Assembly: GCA_965649765.1 (NCBI GenBank)
Contig: OZ287751.1
Location: forward strand, 11,470,001 to 11,534,000
Direction of reading: 5' to 3'
Source: Bispira polyomma
Taxonomy: Eukaryota
Length of the DNA stretch: 64,000 bases
The notes under the pieces are model-generated. The model saw only the letters and a program-made list of their open reading frames with translations, did no database searches and was not told the origin of the DNA. The translations under genes and the position numbers were made by a program. Below, one piece after another: positions 13,601 to 26,160 of the stretch. Position 1 is the stretch's first letter. Every line of letters begins with the position of its first letter.

Positions 13601-14949
13601 TAATACTTATATTAGATTAACTGTGATACCAGAGTAGTTTTGCTCGTTCACTAAAGGCAAATATTTTACCAATTATGGCATTGTCAAAATTGACTATATA
13701 AATAGGGAACTGAAAAGGGTGCTTTCAGACTGTAAAAACACATAGTATGGTGTTTCCTAGGCATTTCAAGTCATAAGGAAGAATTCATTAATTTACCGAT
13801 CATGAAATGATTACAAAGCATATAATCACAAAAATGCACTTAGCACTGCCATAGGTGAAGGTAAGCCAACATTCACCACAATCATCATATAGTAACTACA
13901 ACCGGGTTAGGTCTGGAATGATAGTTTTGAGAGGAAAGGGGTCTAGGTTAGTGTTACTGATGCCAGCATCCTGTTATTTGTATGGGAATCCTATATGTAA
14001 ACTTTGTAAAGGTAGTAATGAATGTATTGATCTTCATGAATAATTAATCAGTGGCCTCCGGTGGGGATAGGAATAAACAGAGGTTGGGGAGGGGGGACTT
14101 TTAAACGTGATAGAAGTCAATCTATAAAAAATGCAACATTTATGCTTGTGGAGTTAGCTATAAATAATAAAAATGATTTAATTTGATGTCTATTATTCCA
14201 CCTTTTGTCTGATACAGGCGTGAGCGTAAGAGAAACTATCGTAATATTAAGGTGCAGTTACTCTAAATATACTATACCACCAACGCCAATTGTAAAACTG
14301 GCTTTGACAGGTGTTTTTGTGCCTGAAATATATAAACAACTGACTAAGAAATTTGACTATGTGGCCGATCCATCTTTGGCCGATTTCCCTCTGATGTTAC
14401 TTTTTTTACGTAAGACACGAGTTGACATGTACATGGCACGTTTCTGTCATGCACTGGCACATACTGTTACTAAGGGACACATACCGTGGACACATCACTA
14501 ACACATTACAAATACACACCTATGCCACATTAACACACGTATACGTCATGTACATGACACTAATCCCTACTTTTATAGACAAATCTTCACACAAATGGAG
14601 ACAAACCGTTTCAGAAAACCAGTATGGTAAACACCTATCAGCATTACAAGGTTAATGTAATAAAAGTACAAAATAATTTTTAATCTTGGGGTGAAACCCC
14701 TGAAAAATGTCATATGTTGTCTGCAGCAATTATTCGTTTATGTAAAGACAGAAAATATACCTGTGACTGAATACTTTGGAGGATTACTTCCTTGGAATAA
14801 ATTATGAATGAATGGTGCACAGTTATATTTTTACTTGACTGATTACTCAATGGATACTTAACCAATGAATATTTACTCAATGAATAGTTTTGTTGGCCTG
14901 ACACCTCAGCGACAGCCCCCCTCAGTTCTGGCACCAGTCCACTGGGGGG

Positions 14950-15016
14950 CCAATTAAGTCACCTGAGGTCAAGAGGCCAGGTATAAAAGGGCTTGGCGCC
15001 AACAAGCGCCATCATT
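14950..15016 (+). promoter_or_regulatory. Candidate Pol II core promoter of E2
   Basis: CCAAT 14950-14954, TATAAAAG 14982-14989, Inr-like TCATT 15012-15016 about 30 nt downstream; gag ATG at 15109. Confidence 0.65.
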
Positions 15017-15108
15017 AATTTCATAGCATTACACAAAACAAGAGTGTTTTGCAAATTGGGGTTTTTACTACCCTATTTTATTATTTTAAACTATTAACTT
15101 GTACAAAT

Positions 15109-16095
15109 ATGCCTCCTAAAAAGAAATTCTCTTGTAGTGCTTGCTTGGGAAAACAAGAACGGCCTGTGGGAAAGCGTGGTCGTTTTCAAGTTGCCGAGGA
15201 TGTGACCCCGTTGATTTTGCTACTTCAGGTAATATGTCTGATTCAGTGTACGGTCAAATACTACAGCAGTTACAAGCTTTGAATAAAAAATGGAAAGCAT
15301 GGATCAACGGATACAGGTCACGGAGGTGGCGCTGTGCTCACCCGGCGCCAATAAGGCACGTATGACTTCTCAAACTAATGTTAGTGTTGCTAGTGTATCT
15401 GAGCCAGTAGTTGAAGCTGTGGTCCCCTCATTAGAGTTTTTACGTACAAACGAAAACCTGCAGTCACAAGTCCACCAGTGTTTAGTCCAGCTACAGCAAC
15501 TCAATGAGCTAGAAGGAGGTAAACTTAAGTCCCAACGAGGTGGTGTCGAGGCTCCTATAAAGAAGCATGTGGATTGGCCCCAGAATTATGTTCTATCCAG
15601 TGTAAAAAAGACTAGGCCCACGTACGACAATCTTTCACTACTTCAGTTAACCTCGGGATTTGTGAGATGTATACAAGAGCAAAAAACGTCGGAAGTACGG
15701 GAGGCAATGTTGGAATATCTCGCAAACCTCATGGATGACGCCCATGATTTTTCTTGGGAAACGGTTAGAATTTCTGATGCCATTCTACTTACAAACATGG
15801 AGCTAGACCGTTTGAAATGGACGGATGCGGAAAAAGTGGACTGTGTCCGCAGAACCCACGCACAACCCCATGTCGCCCCAAGTGCGAATGGTTATGGCTC
15901 GTCCAAAACAAGTAATAGCAAAGGTAAAAGTCAAGCTAAAACCCAAGGGGTCGTCTGTAGGTTCTTTCAAGAAGGAACGTTTAAATTCAATGCCAGCCAC
16001 CGTACTTCCGGACAACTTTTCAAACACTGTTGTGAGAACTGCGACTGCTATCATCAAACCAAGTTATGTACAAAAAAGACCTTGCAAAAAACTAA
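15109..16095 (+). pseudogene. E2 Gag-like ORF (frameshifted)
   Basis: MPPKKKFSCSAC...RPVG N-terminus, VPSLEFLR, KLKSQRGG...WPQ, Cys/His-rich C-terminus. Confidence 0.85.
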
Positions 16096-16119
16096 GTGGC
16101 CACTGCAGAATTGCAGTGG
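16086..16119 (+). promoter_or_regulatory. Candidate -1 ribosomal frameshift signal (E2 gag-pol)
   Basis: A AAA AAC TAA, 7-nt spacer, then the perfect stem-loop CCACTGCA-gaat-TGCAGTGG. Confidence 0.75.
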
Positions 16120-18292
16120 ATGTAAATAATTCAAAAACCAAAGTCTATTCAAGAACAGTGTATAACTCCCAGTTTAAGGATTTTGAGTTATGTAAAAAAT
16201 TAAAACATTCTATGTGTTTTAGGGAAAGCCAGTCCTATAGGGACGCTTTTCGCAAAAGCAAAATGCTATTCTCAAAATTATCAACCTCCTGTTGACGGCA
16301 TTGTGGAAACATACACTATGTTTAACACCAGTAAAATAAAAACAAATGCTCTCACAAAACTTCCAAACAAAGGTGTAAAAAAGGGTGTGTGTTTTCCCAA
16401 GCCAGCCCAAAACAAAACAGAATTCAGGTAAAACAGTTCTCCCTGTCTCCACTCAAAAGAATGTCAACTCGGGTAATGACTGTTATGTAAACAAGAGCCG
16501 CGGCTTTGTGTTGACCCTTCAAAATAGATTTGCCTCATTGTGTTCAAGTAAGGGGGACGGGAATATTGCTGTGTGTGGCTCAAGTGTGACCACAACAGAA
16601 AAAAAATGTGTTTAAAAAGTCAATGTTAACAAAGAGGGCTCTAAAACCCTTGAAAATTTAAAGAAAGCGATGTTAACTGATTGTGATGACAAGTACACCT
16701 TGGATGTACCAAGACGCCCTGATAAAAGGCAGAAACTAAATAAAGCCAAAGATCGTACGACTTATAAATTGTGGGATGTGCAGAACCAGGGGAAGTTTGG
16801 GTTTATCCCGCTTACCCAATGGGGGTTCCCCGTGTTAGACAACTCTGGCAACAAGTTGCCTGCACACTCACTAACCCTGCATGAACGTCTACAATTGGAT
16901 GGGCGACCTAATTATAGGGGCCTCCAATTACCAGTCACCTCCCAGTTAAAGGCCTCTGTATGGGGAGGTTACTTGCAGAATTACTGGGATTGGGAACTAC
17001 CACTTCTAATCAAGTTCCGATTTCCCCATCAATCAAGTTCGAAATAAACGCAGGGTTATAATTGATCTAAGTTGGCCTCAGGGCCTTTCAGTTAATTCTG
17101 CTGTTCATTCAGACTTATATTTAGGCAAAGAATTCTTACTCACTTATCCTTCAATTGATACCATAACATCCCAAGTTACAGCCATGGCCAGAGGTTCACT
17201 ACTGTTTAAAGCAGTTATTAGTCGAGCTTTCCGTCATGTGACGATGGATCTTAAAGATATAAAGCTATTGGGACTGTATTGGGATGGGTATGATGTAAAG
17301 GGGTCGCTATTTTTCAGCACATTTCGGATGGCATACATTATATCATGAAGAGTGAAGGCTACAACATAATAAATTACATCGATGATCTATTATGTTGCTC
17401 GACGTCCACAAAAATACATAAAACCTATCACCGACTGCAGGAATTATTGTCTGAACTAGGCCTCACGTTGAGTGAGAAAAAGCTTGTTCCCCCTGCGACC
17501 CGTGTAATGTGTCTGGGTATTGACATTGACACCATTGACTTCACTACCTCAATACCACCTGAAAAGCTAGTCCACTTCCAAACTATGTGTGATGCTTGGG
17601 CAACCAAAAAGTATTGTACAAAACGAGAATTACAATGTCTACTTGGGTCACTTTTTTACATCTCCAAGTGTGCAAAGTACTCTAGATTTTTCCACAACAG
17701 GATGCTGCAACTTCTCAGAAGCAACCATAAAAGTAACTCATTCAAAATTTCCCCTGAGTTTGGACAAGATCTAAATTGGTTCAGGACATTTTTGAAGAAA
17801 TACAATGGCATTTCCTTCTTTTACCACCAACCAATCACTGCCATGATCGAGTTGGACGCTTGTCTGACCCGGATGGGGTGGGGGGTGGGGGGTTATGGAA
17901 ATCAAGTATATTCCTTGCCAATACCTTTAGAAATGCAACAACAAAACATTGCATTTCGAGAAATGTTGAACATTCTTGTTGCCCTGAGAATGTGGAAAGA
18001 TCATAGAGTGCTCATAAAGTGTGATAATCAGGCGGTAGTAAGTGTTCTTACAAATGGGCGAACTCGAGATCCTGACTTGGAATTGTGTTTTAGAAATATA
18101 TTTATGGTGGCCAGCCACTTTGATGTTGAAATACAAGTGATCCATATATTAGGTGAACAGAGTACAACTGCTGATTTGCTGTCTAGGTGGACTAACTCAA
18201 CCCAGGAGAATAGTCGGTTACATGCTCTTGTAGGTCAAGTCCTGTGGTGCCCTGTAGATAAAGAGCATTTGTACCTTGATAAAAATATATGA
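16086..18292 (+). pseudogene. E2 Pol (RT + RNase H), fragmented
   Basis: KFGFIPL, RPNY, NYIDD, CLGIDID, LDACL, CDNQAVV, ADLLSR. Confidence 0.92.
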
Positions 18293-18326
18293 TGTTGAAT
18301 ACTTTGTGAGTGTTCTTATTTTCCAG

Positions 18327-18932
18327 ATAGAAAACCTGTGCAACAGTTACTGTATAAAAATGCTACACAAAAATTGCAACTGGCCTTCTCTGGATCTACT
18401 GAGAGGTCTTACACTGCCATGTACCGACTGTACTTAGCCTTTGCTGCCAAAAGAACAGCTCCTTTACATATAAAACTTAAGAAAACTATTGATATACCAA
18501 TGCTACATAATATAATACAGTTGTGTCACACTACCTATATAGGTTTGATTTACAAGGCCTTGTACCTGCCAAGTTATTTTTTTTATTTCTTCGGTTGTCA
18601 AACCTAGTGCCACACTCTGCTTCACAATTTTCCCCTCTTAAACATCTAGCAAGAGCAGATGTAATGATACACCAAGATAAAGCATTCTTACTCATAAAAT
18701 GGTCCAAGACCATGCAGTCAGATAACCAAATTACTAGAGGACATGTTGGCACTCACTCCCTCTGGGGATAATTCACCCCTCTTTGAAATCAAAGTTGGGT
18801 TCCATTGATAGATTCAAAAGTACGTCGTCACTTGAGGAGCATTATTAGTCAGTTGCAATTACACCAGTCTGGACTTACCTTCCACGCTTTCCGTCATTCA
18901 GGTGCAACTTTTGCTTTTAATCACAATGTTAG
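18327..18932 (+). pseudogene. E2 tyrosine recombinase remnant
   Basis: FLRLSNLVPHS, IKWSKT, FHAFRHSGATFAFNHNV; internal deletions; truncated before the catalytic Tyr. Confidence 0.88.
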
Positions 18933-18938
18933 CAATGT

Positions 18939-19169
18939 TGGCTGTTTTTCTTTAAAACAAAAATGTAAGAATATTTCTTGATAATCAAAAAAATTAGTTT
19001 AACTATAATTCCCCCCAACTAAAGAGATAGGCTTGGGGATTGATCAACGATCGGAAGGATCTTTAACCTACCACTGGGGATAGGACCCAATGACAGAGGA
19101 AAGCCATTTTAAGTGGTAATCCGAGACACTATGTATCTGCCAGTACCTTCTCACCAAAGATCGAGACCG
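18939..19169 (+). repeat. Dispersed repeat abutting the truncated E2 YR
   Basis: Highly similar reverse-complement copy at 63249-63496. Confidence 0.88.
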
Positions 19170-22100
19170 GCACCTGAACGTTGGACTGCGTGTGGAGGTA
19201 CGTCACAGACACTGTTGACGTGGGCCAACAAGTGGCTAACACCTTTAAATGTCATCTCTCCCCTGTTTCCTCCTAGCCCACTCTTTGAGGTTTGGCTGTT
19301 CATAGTCATTTCATAGGCTACATGTATGTGTTTCTAAAACAAATGACTTTTCTATCTATTTAACTTAACTTCTTCAGCGGTCACGCACCGTAATAGAAGT
19401 AATTAAATTGTCAGTAGCAAGTAACCACTAGTGTGAAATATCAGTTATAACCATTGTAATACTTGTAATGATAACTTTACTTTACTTAAATCCAGCGATT
19501 GCTGAACTGTAATATTAGTAGTTAAATTCTCAACTGTAATTGAAGTAATTAAATTCTCAGTCTTAAGTAACTAATACATAAGTAAGCTATTACTGTAACT
19601 GTTAACTATTACTGTAACTTTTGCGTTAACAGATTATATCATAATGCTAACTTGTAAGTAACTTAACTTCACTTTTGGATTGTAAGGTCACCTGCGTAAG
19701 GGCCTAAGGACCTCCTCAAGTTTCAAAGACAATAAACTTTCGTGCTAAGGTGACCTTACTCTAAATTTCTTTTTAAGGCTAAAACATTTATTTAAGGTGA
19801 CCTTAAGTCTAAGTTTGCCAAAAATTTAGTTTTCACTTTCTGGTGACCTAAGTCGCCCTGTACATAAGTAGCCTAACATGTAGTCTAACAATAAATGTTT
19901 TACCCGCATTCTGTGTATACCTACCTGTCTTCTTGATCTTGACCTCTGACCTGTTGCCGGGGAAATGACATACCATACTGACTGCAATAGAAATGTCACA
20001 TTTCTACTTTCTCATGGTAGAGGATATAACCTTTATATGTTCCTCTGCCTCTGAATCTCAACCAGAGCTGTAGATGTTGATGCTGTTGGACCAGTTGGAT
20101 GTCCAATTTGTCTCGACCAATTGCTCTCTTGTGTGTGATAGATGTCATGTTAGGAGTGACGGGAAAAGTGGAAAAAACGTGTTTGCTGTAGTAGTATAAT
20201 GCATCCGTTTCACAAAGTTTTGCTTTGTTGTAATATATCTTAGTATCTGGATCATTAACAATGTATTAGTGACATGAAATAGGTGCCTTGTTTCAAAATC
20301 GGGCTGTATGTGTTGCTATGTTACACCTAACAAAACCTGTTATTGAGGTGCTATGTAATGACCACAAATAAACAAATCTAAAATACTTTAGGCTTTTTTG
20401 GGGGGATGAAATGGTATGTGGTACCAAAATAAATTTATGTCAAAGTTTAAAAAAGAAAGTAAGTTTCTGGGTATCTTGCAGTCTATTTCAAAGATATTGT
20501 GATAAAATTAGATGGACATTATCTGTGACCAATTTGTCACTTACACACAGACAAAGTAGACCGAGCTGTCACTAAAGCGAAACCAACAACAACAAGCCTT
20601 TTATGATATAGAGTGTCCCTGATAAGAACGATTTGCAAACGAATCATGAAATAATTGGGCAACCCACCTTTCAATCCGTCACGAATAGCAGATCCACTGG
20701 ACAATTTTTGAACAGGTTAGAACTTTCACCACAGAGCTACCAATCCTCACTAATTTCTGAATCATATCGAGACCTATCACCCAGTAGCGTGACTAACCAT
20801 CACAGGTAAATTTGTGATAGATTTGTAGCGGTCGTTCCTGTAAATGAGACCTACGTATAAGAATATTGCTGAGAACTTTTCATGAGTTACTGTGTACCAC
20901 AAAATATAATAATAGTAAAGCTATCAGATTGACATATATTAAAAAAAATATAGGGCGAGAGAATATCAAACAATACAGTACAAATCCGCATGTTATTTGA
21001 CATTTACTATCCACTCATTTTATGACTTATACTTTCCTTTGACTCATTATTATCCACTTTATTTTTAGCTTAATGCTTAATACGTGGCGCTGGGTAATAC
21101 AACACATTTTATACCACACTCTATATTGTAAGTCAAATTTACGTATTTCCTAGTCGAGTAGATAATACCTATTTATAATTTAAGGCACTATGTAGGATTT
21201 GGAACAATATTAAGAACCAGTGTATTTGATAACTGTAAATGTGTAAATTTGAAGGTATACCATGTACACACAAACATCTGCCAGGAGGATAAAAACGAAT
21301 ATGCAATAGGCTGATGCATTAAGAAATATTATACAAGACTTAAATCAATATAGAATGCTTAGAGGTATATAACAAGAAACATCTGAACAAAGTGACAGGA
21401 CTATTTTTAGGTTGATACTTCTGAGAATTGTGCTCAACATTATTTTCAGTACGACAATGACTTAGTACTTGATTATAACTTGTTTGAACATTACTTATCA
21501 CATTGACATCATGTTCAAATTATTCTGGTCCAAAATGAAATGAATCCAATCATATGAAATAAATGAAAGCCATCTGGTATGATTAATATCTAATAAAAAC
21601 ATCTCAACGAAAGTAACTGGGTTGTTTTTCTGTCCTTGTTGAATATGATGTCACCTTATCAGACATTTTTTTGTTGTCACAAATTCGAGGGAAACTTGGA
21701 GCACTTCCTATCTAGTAAATTAACTTGGAAGGGCCCTCTAGACAAATAAAAATACTAGCCCACGAGCTACATAAAAAGGCAGTTTTATCCCTTACCTCAA
21801 TTACAAAAGATCTGTCCTCATTTATTTTGGAGCCTCTTTTTTCTACCGGAAGCTGTGAATCACAGGCGATATTTTTGCAAACGCTGCTTAAAGCCGTGAG
21901 GATATCTTATTTATTTTCCCACATTTGTGGTGACTTATGTGTCATGGACTTTTTGACCCCCAAACCAAATCATCCCAACCTCCCTTCTTTGGCTCAGTTA
22001 TGTTACTGATACAGACAGACAGAAGGAATTATTCCATCAAGGATCTATCAAATATAATAATTGTTTTAATACTGAGCATTTATAAAAATGTATACAGGGC

Positions 22101-22339
22101 AGTGTGGGTAAGTGGGGGGGGATATATCCTATCTTTTCCTATGTAAGTTATTGTGTAGCAGATTGGCGTAATGATACATTACTAAGTAGAACATAGGGAA
22201 CATTATCAAGGATCTTTTAAGCTGGAAGAAATTACAATGTCCCACTATACTTATACTAGTAGTAACAATCAGTATCCATTAATAAAAAATTGACTATGTT
22301 GCTGTAAATTGACTGTATGAAGTACGAGTGTCGGAACTT

Positions 22340-23871
22340 CTTTTGCAAGGTGCTAATTTAACTGTATCAAGTACTACATTTATCTTGTTTTCTGATGTAT
22401 TATGAGGTATTAAATTTACCATTGGTTGAGTGTGTTTTACTAAAGTGCTAATTTAACTGTATCAAGTACTATTTTGATTTTGTTTTATGAGGTATTAAGT
22501 TTACTATTGATTGCGTTTGTTTTAACAAAGTACTGTTTCAACTGTATCAAGTACTACTTTAATTTTGTTTTCTGAGGTATCAATTTTACTGTTGATTGAG
22601 TGTGTTTTAACAAAGTACTTATTTAACTGTATCAAGTACTACTTTGGTTTTGTTTTCATGGTATTAAGTTTACTGTTTGTTAAGTATGTTTACCAAGGAG
22701 TTTTGTTAACTGTATAAAGTACTACTTTGATTTTGTGTGCCAAGGCATTAAGTTTAGTATTGGTTTTGTGTGCCAAGGTATTAAGTTTAGTATTGGTTTT
22801 GTGTGTCAAGGTATTAAGTTAAGTATTGGTTTTGTTTGCCAAGGCATTAAGTTTAGTATTGGTTTTGTGTGCCAAGGTATTTAGTTAAGTATTGGTTTTG
22901 TGTGCCAAGGCATTAAGTTTAGTATTGGTTTTGTTTGCCAAGGCATTAAGTTTAGTATTGGTTTTGTGTGCCAGGTATTTAGTTAAGTATTGGTTTTGTG
23001 TGCCAAGGCATTAAGTTTAGTATTGGTTTTGTTTGCCAAGGCATTAAGTTTAGTATTGGTTTTGTGTGCCAAGGTATTTAGTTAAGTATTGGTTTTGTGT
23101 GCCAAGGCATTAAGTTTAGTATTGATTTTGTTTGCCAAGGTATTAAGTTAGTATTGGTTTTATGTGCCGAAATATTAAGTTTAGTATTTTTTTTTTCCAA
23201 GGTATTAAGTTAAGTGTTGATTGAATATGTTTGTATTTTCTAATTTGTCTGTATCAGGTACTTTGATTTTGTTTTCTGAGGTATTAAGTTTATTATTTTT
23301 GGATTTTCTTTCACCAAGGTGCTAATTTAACTGTACCAAGTACTACTTTGATTTTGTTTTCTGAGGTATTAAGTTTACTGTTGGTTGAGTTTGTTTTTCC
23401 AAGGTACTTTTTTACCTGTATGAAGTACTGATTTGATTCTGTGTGCCAAGGTATTAGGTTAAGTATTGGTTTTGTTTGCCAGTGTGGTAATTTTAGTGTT
23501 GGTTTTGTGTACCAAGGTATAAAGTTTAGTGTTTGTTGAGTATGGTTTACCAAGGTTCTAGTTTAACTGTTTTAGGTACTTTGATTTTTTTCTGATGTAT
23601 TATATAATTTTAAGTTTACTGTTGGTTGAGTTTGTCTTACCAAGGTTCTAATTTAACTGTATCAGGTACCTTGACTTCGTTTTAGATGAATTATGAGGTA
23701 TTAAGTTTACTGTTGTATAAGTTTCTTTATCAAGGTGCTAATTTAACTGTACCAAGTAGTACCTTGATCTTGTTTTCTAAGGTATTAAGTTTACTGTTGT
23801 TTGGGTTTGTTTTTCTAAAGCTCTAATTTAACCGTATTAAGTACTACTTTGATTTTGTTTTCTAAGGTATT
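22340..23871. repeat. Composite minisatellite: ~84-bp units flanking a homogeneous 33-bp core (~22739-23220)
   Basis: Core unit gccaaggcattaagtttagtattggttttgtgt; flanking unit aaggtgctaatttaactgtatcaagtactactttgattttgttttctgaggtattaagtttactgttggttgag... Confidence 0.92.
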
Positions 23872-25904
23872 AGTAGGTCTTTTGTAAGTCAGTTGTGGGT
23901 AGTTAATATACCCGTAACTGACTTACAAAAGACGTAATAATTAAATGCAATACCTTGGAAAACAAAATATTGTTATATAAATCATAATAGGTCGTCATGT
24001 TAGTGATTTTTTTCCACAACAGATCAAGTTCTAAAATCGTATGCCATTTGTTATGGGGATAGTCGTGGGGATAACTCATGGATGTAGGACTCTATGCAAA
24101 AGCTGTAGATTGTTTTTGTTAAACTAATAATTTCAGTTCACAACACATTAACTGTAATTACTAATGCCTAGGTCACACATTTAAGGTTTGGCCCACGAAA
24201 CAGCTGGGTTTTTAACTCCAAAATAATCCAACGGCATCCTAAAAATGACCTCGATCACCAGTAGAGAAATGAAGACTTATACCACTATACCTGTTACTTG
24301 GCAACAAAAGTTTTGAACTGTACTTAACTTCCAAATCCCAGGGAACTGCTAATTTTTGTTGAAGGAATCAAAACTTGGCTGTACGTGACTAAAACAAACT
24401 TAAACTTAAACATAGCAAAAAATTCTGTTTGTGTAATTGTTGTTGATGTGTATATATGTAGTTACCCATGAGGAACCTTGTGTATACTTAGCCATAATTT
24501 GTAAAGCAGCAACAAATATATTTAGCAGCAACTTGACAAACCAAAACCACCCTTACAAAATGGACCTAAGGATGGCTGCGGGTGATTGAAAATGGTTTGT
24601 CTGTATATACATACGTTTATCATAAGCCGATATATATGGCAAAACCTTGAATGTATGAAAGAGGCATAAGCACCACTACTTTCTAATAATGTGGTGTTCT
24701 ATACAATGTTAATTACACAAACTGTGCTTAGTTTGTTGAGCAAGCACTTTAAAGACTCTCCATTGCGTACCAGGGGATAACAATCAACCCGGTCAATATA
24801 TTGGCAATTACCATAAGTTGTTCATCTTCTAAGAACTCCTATGTAAGAAGCATGCTTGTAGCAAGCTTAATGTTAAGCTTTCAAACAGTGACAAATATGC
24901 ACAGTTACTACCCCCTGCCATTTGGGTGTATTTATTTATCGTGATATCTCTATACAATTGACATCTTAATACAAAATACCAAAAAGCTTTTTTGCAAGCT
25001 TGCAGTCAGTTAGTTGGACTATATGTACTAAATCTTGCCAGAGATCTGTGATAAATATAATAGTAGATCAGATAGCATATAAAGTACTGCAGGCGACAGA
25101 AACACAACAGTTTCATCCGAAACCAAGGAGATCTCAAACAAAGTCAAACTTTGGCATCGTATTTTGGGGGGAGGGAAATACTACAATATACAGATGAGAT
25201 AATCATGTGGCCATGCACTGGTAATGAAGCTTTGAATACTAAATTCGAAGACACATGGTATGTTTTGTAACAGAATTCTTAAGATTGGAAAAGTTTGCTG
25301 TTAGTATTAAAACTAGCAGCTTTAAGGGCTGACTTGAACTTGAAGAATTGATTGCCTACTAGATGGATGCAACAGAATTCTCATAGTGGCCATTTAAGTC
25401 AAGCAGTTGTGTGAATTGTTCCTAAATTGGATCCAATAAAATCTTTCCACCTAGTTGGTGTGTAGATGTGTGTGTGTGGGGGGGGGAGGTAGGAAGAGGC
25501 AAATGTTTGGGGGGGGGGGGGTATGTGTTGCTCTCTGTCCCTTTCCAAATGTCGATATTTAACTGTAACTCTACTTAATGGTATGATATATATCTCACTG
25601 CATGGGATGTATATATATACCGTAATGTAGACATTTACTGCATCTATGGTAAATGCGTCTCATTACACTTATGAACAAAATGTTTTCTTTCTGCTGGTCA
25701 ATTTTTTTCCGAACTCTTTTTTGGGCTCATTATTATAGTCAACAATCTCAATATTTGACATTTTTTTATAGTCATATATGAGATCCTGCATATCATACTG
25801 TCAGCTTAATGTCAAGTACCACAGATTTATTTAAAGAAAGTGTATTTATTACCACTTTTACTGTACCAGTATTTTTCCGCCGGGAGATATTTCCTATATA
25901 ATAT

Positions 25905-26160
25905 ATTAATAGTAATAATGCATTTTTAATGCGCTTTATTGATGCCAGGCATCTTCTAAAGCGCAACAGCAAAATCAGTGATCCAATCGTAAAGTCTATG
26001 GGCATAGCAAGGTCGTAAGGGTAGGGGGGTTAACAGCTGGTTGATCAGCAAGCAACCAGATTAGGTATTAACCCACCCCGTAGCATCCGGCGGCAAGGGA
26101 CGCAACTCCCTTTCACGCTTCACATGGTGAAGGATGCCGTAGCCATGAAAAATATGCCTT
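25905..26160 (-). mobile_element. SINE-like element with an L2 LINE 3' tail
   Basis: 25922-26020 matches the 3' UTR of the LINE at 35000-35100; the GC-rich body (26021-26160) does not match the LINE. Confidence 0.6.

Larger units (their letters stand above)
14900..18935 (+). mobile_element. Ngaro-type tyrosine-recombinase retrotransposon E2 (decayed, internally deleted, 3'-truncated)
   Basis: gag, RT-RNase H and YR remnants in order; no terminal repeats recovered; 5' boundary approximate. Confidence 0.88.

Noticed and set aside
18936-19970. Definite solo LTR call
   Set aside because: TG...CA ends are possible but there is no matching TSD, and the second copy covers only the first ~230 bp
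22739-23220. 33-bp array as a CRISPR array or coding repeat
   Set aside because: Units are contiguous with no unique spacers, no cas genes, eukaryotic context; frames are broken by stops and indels
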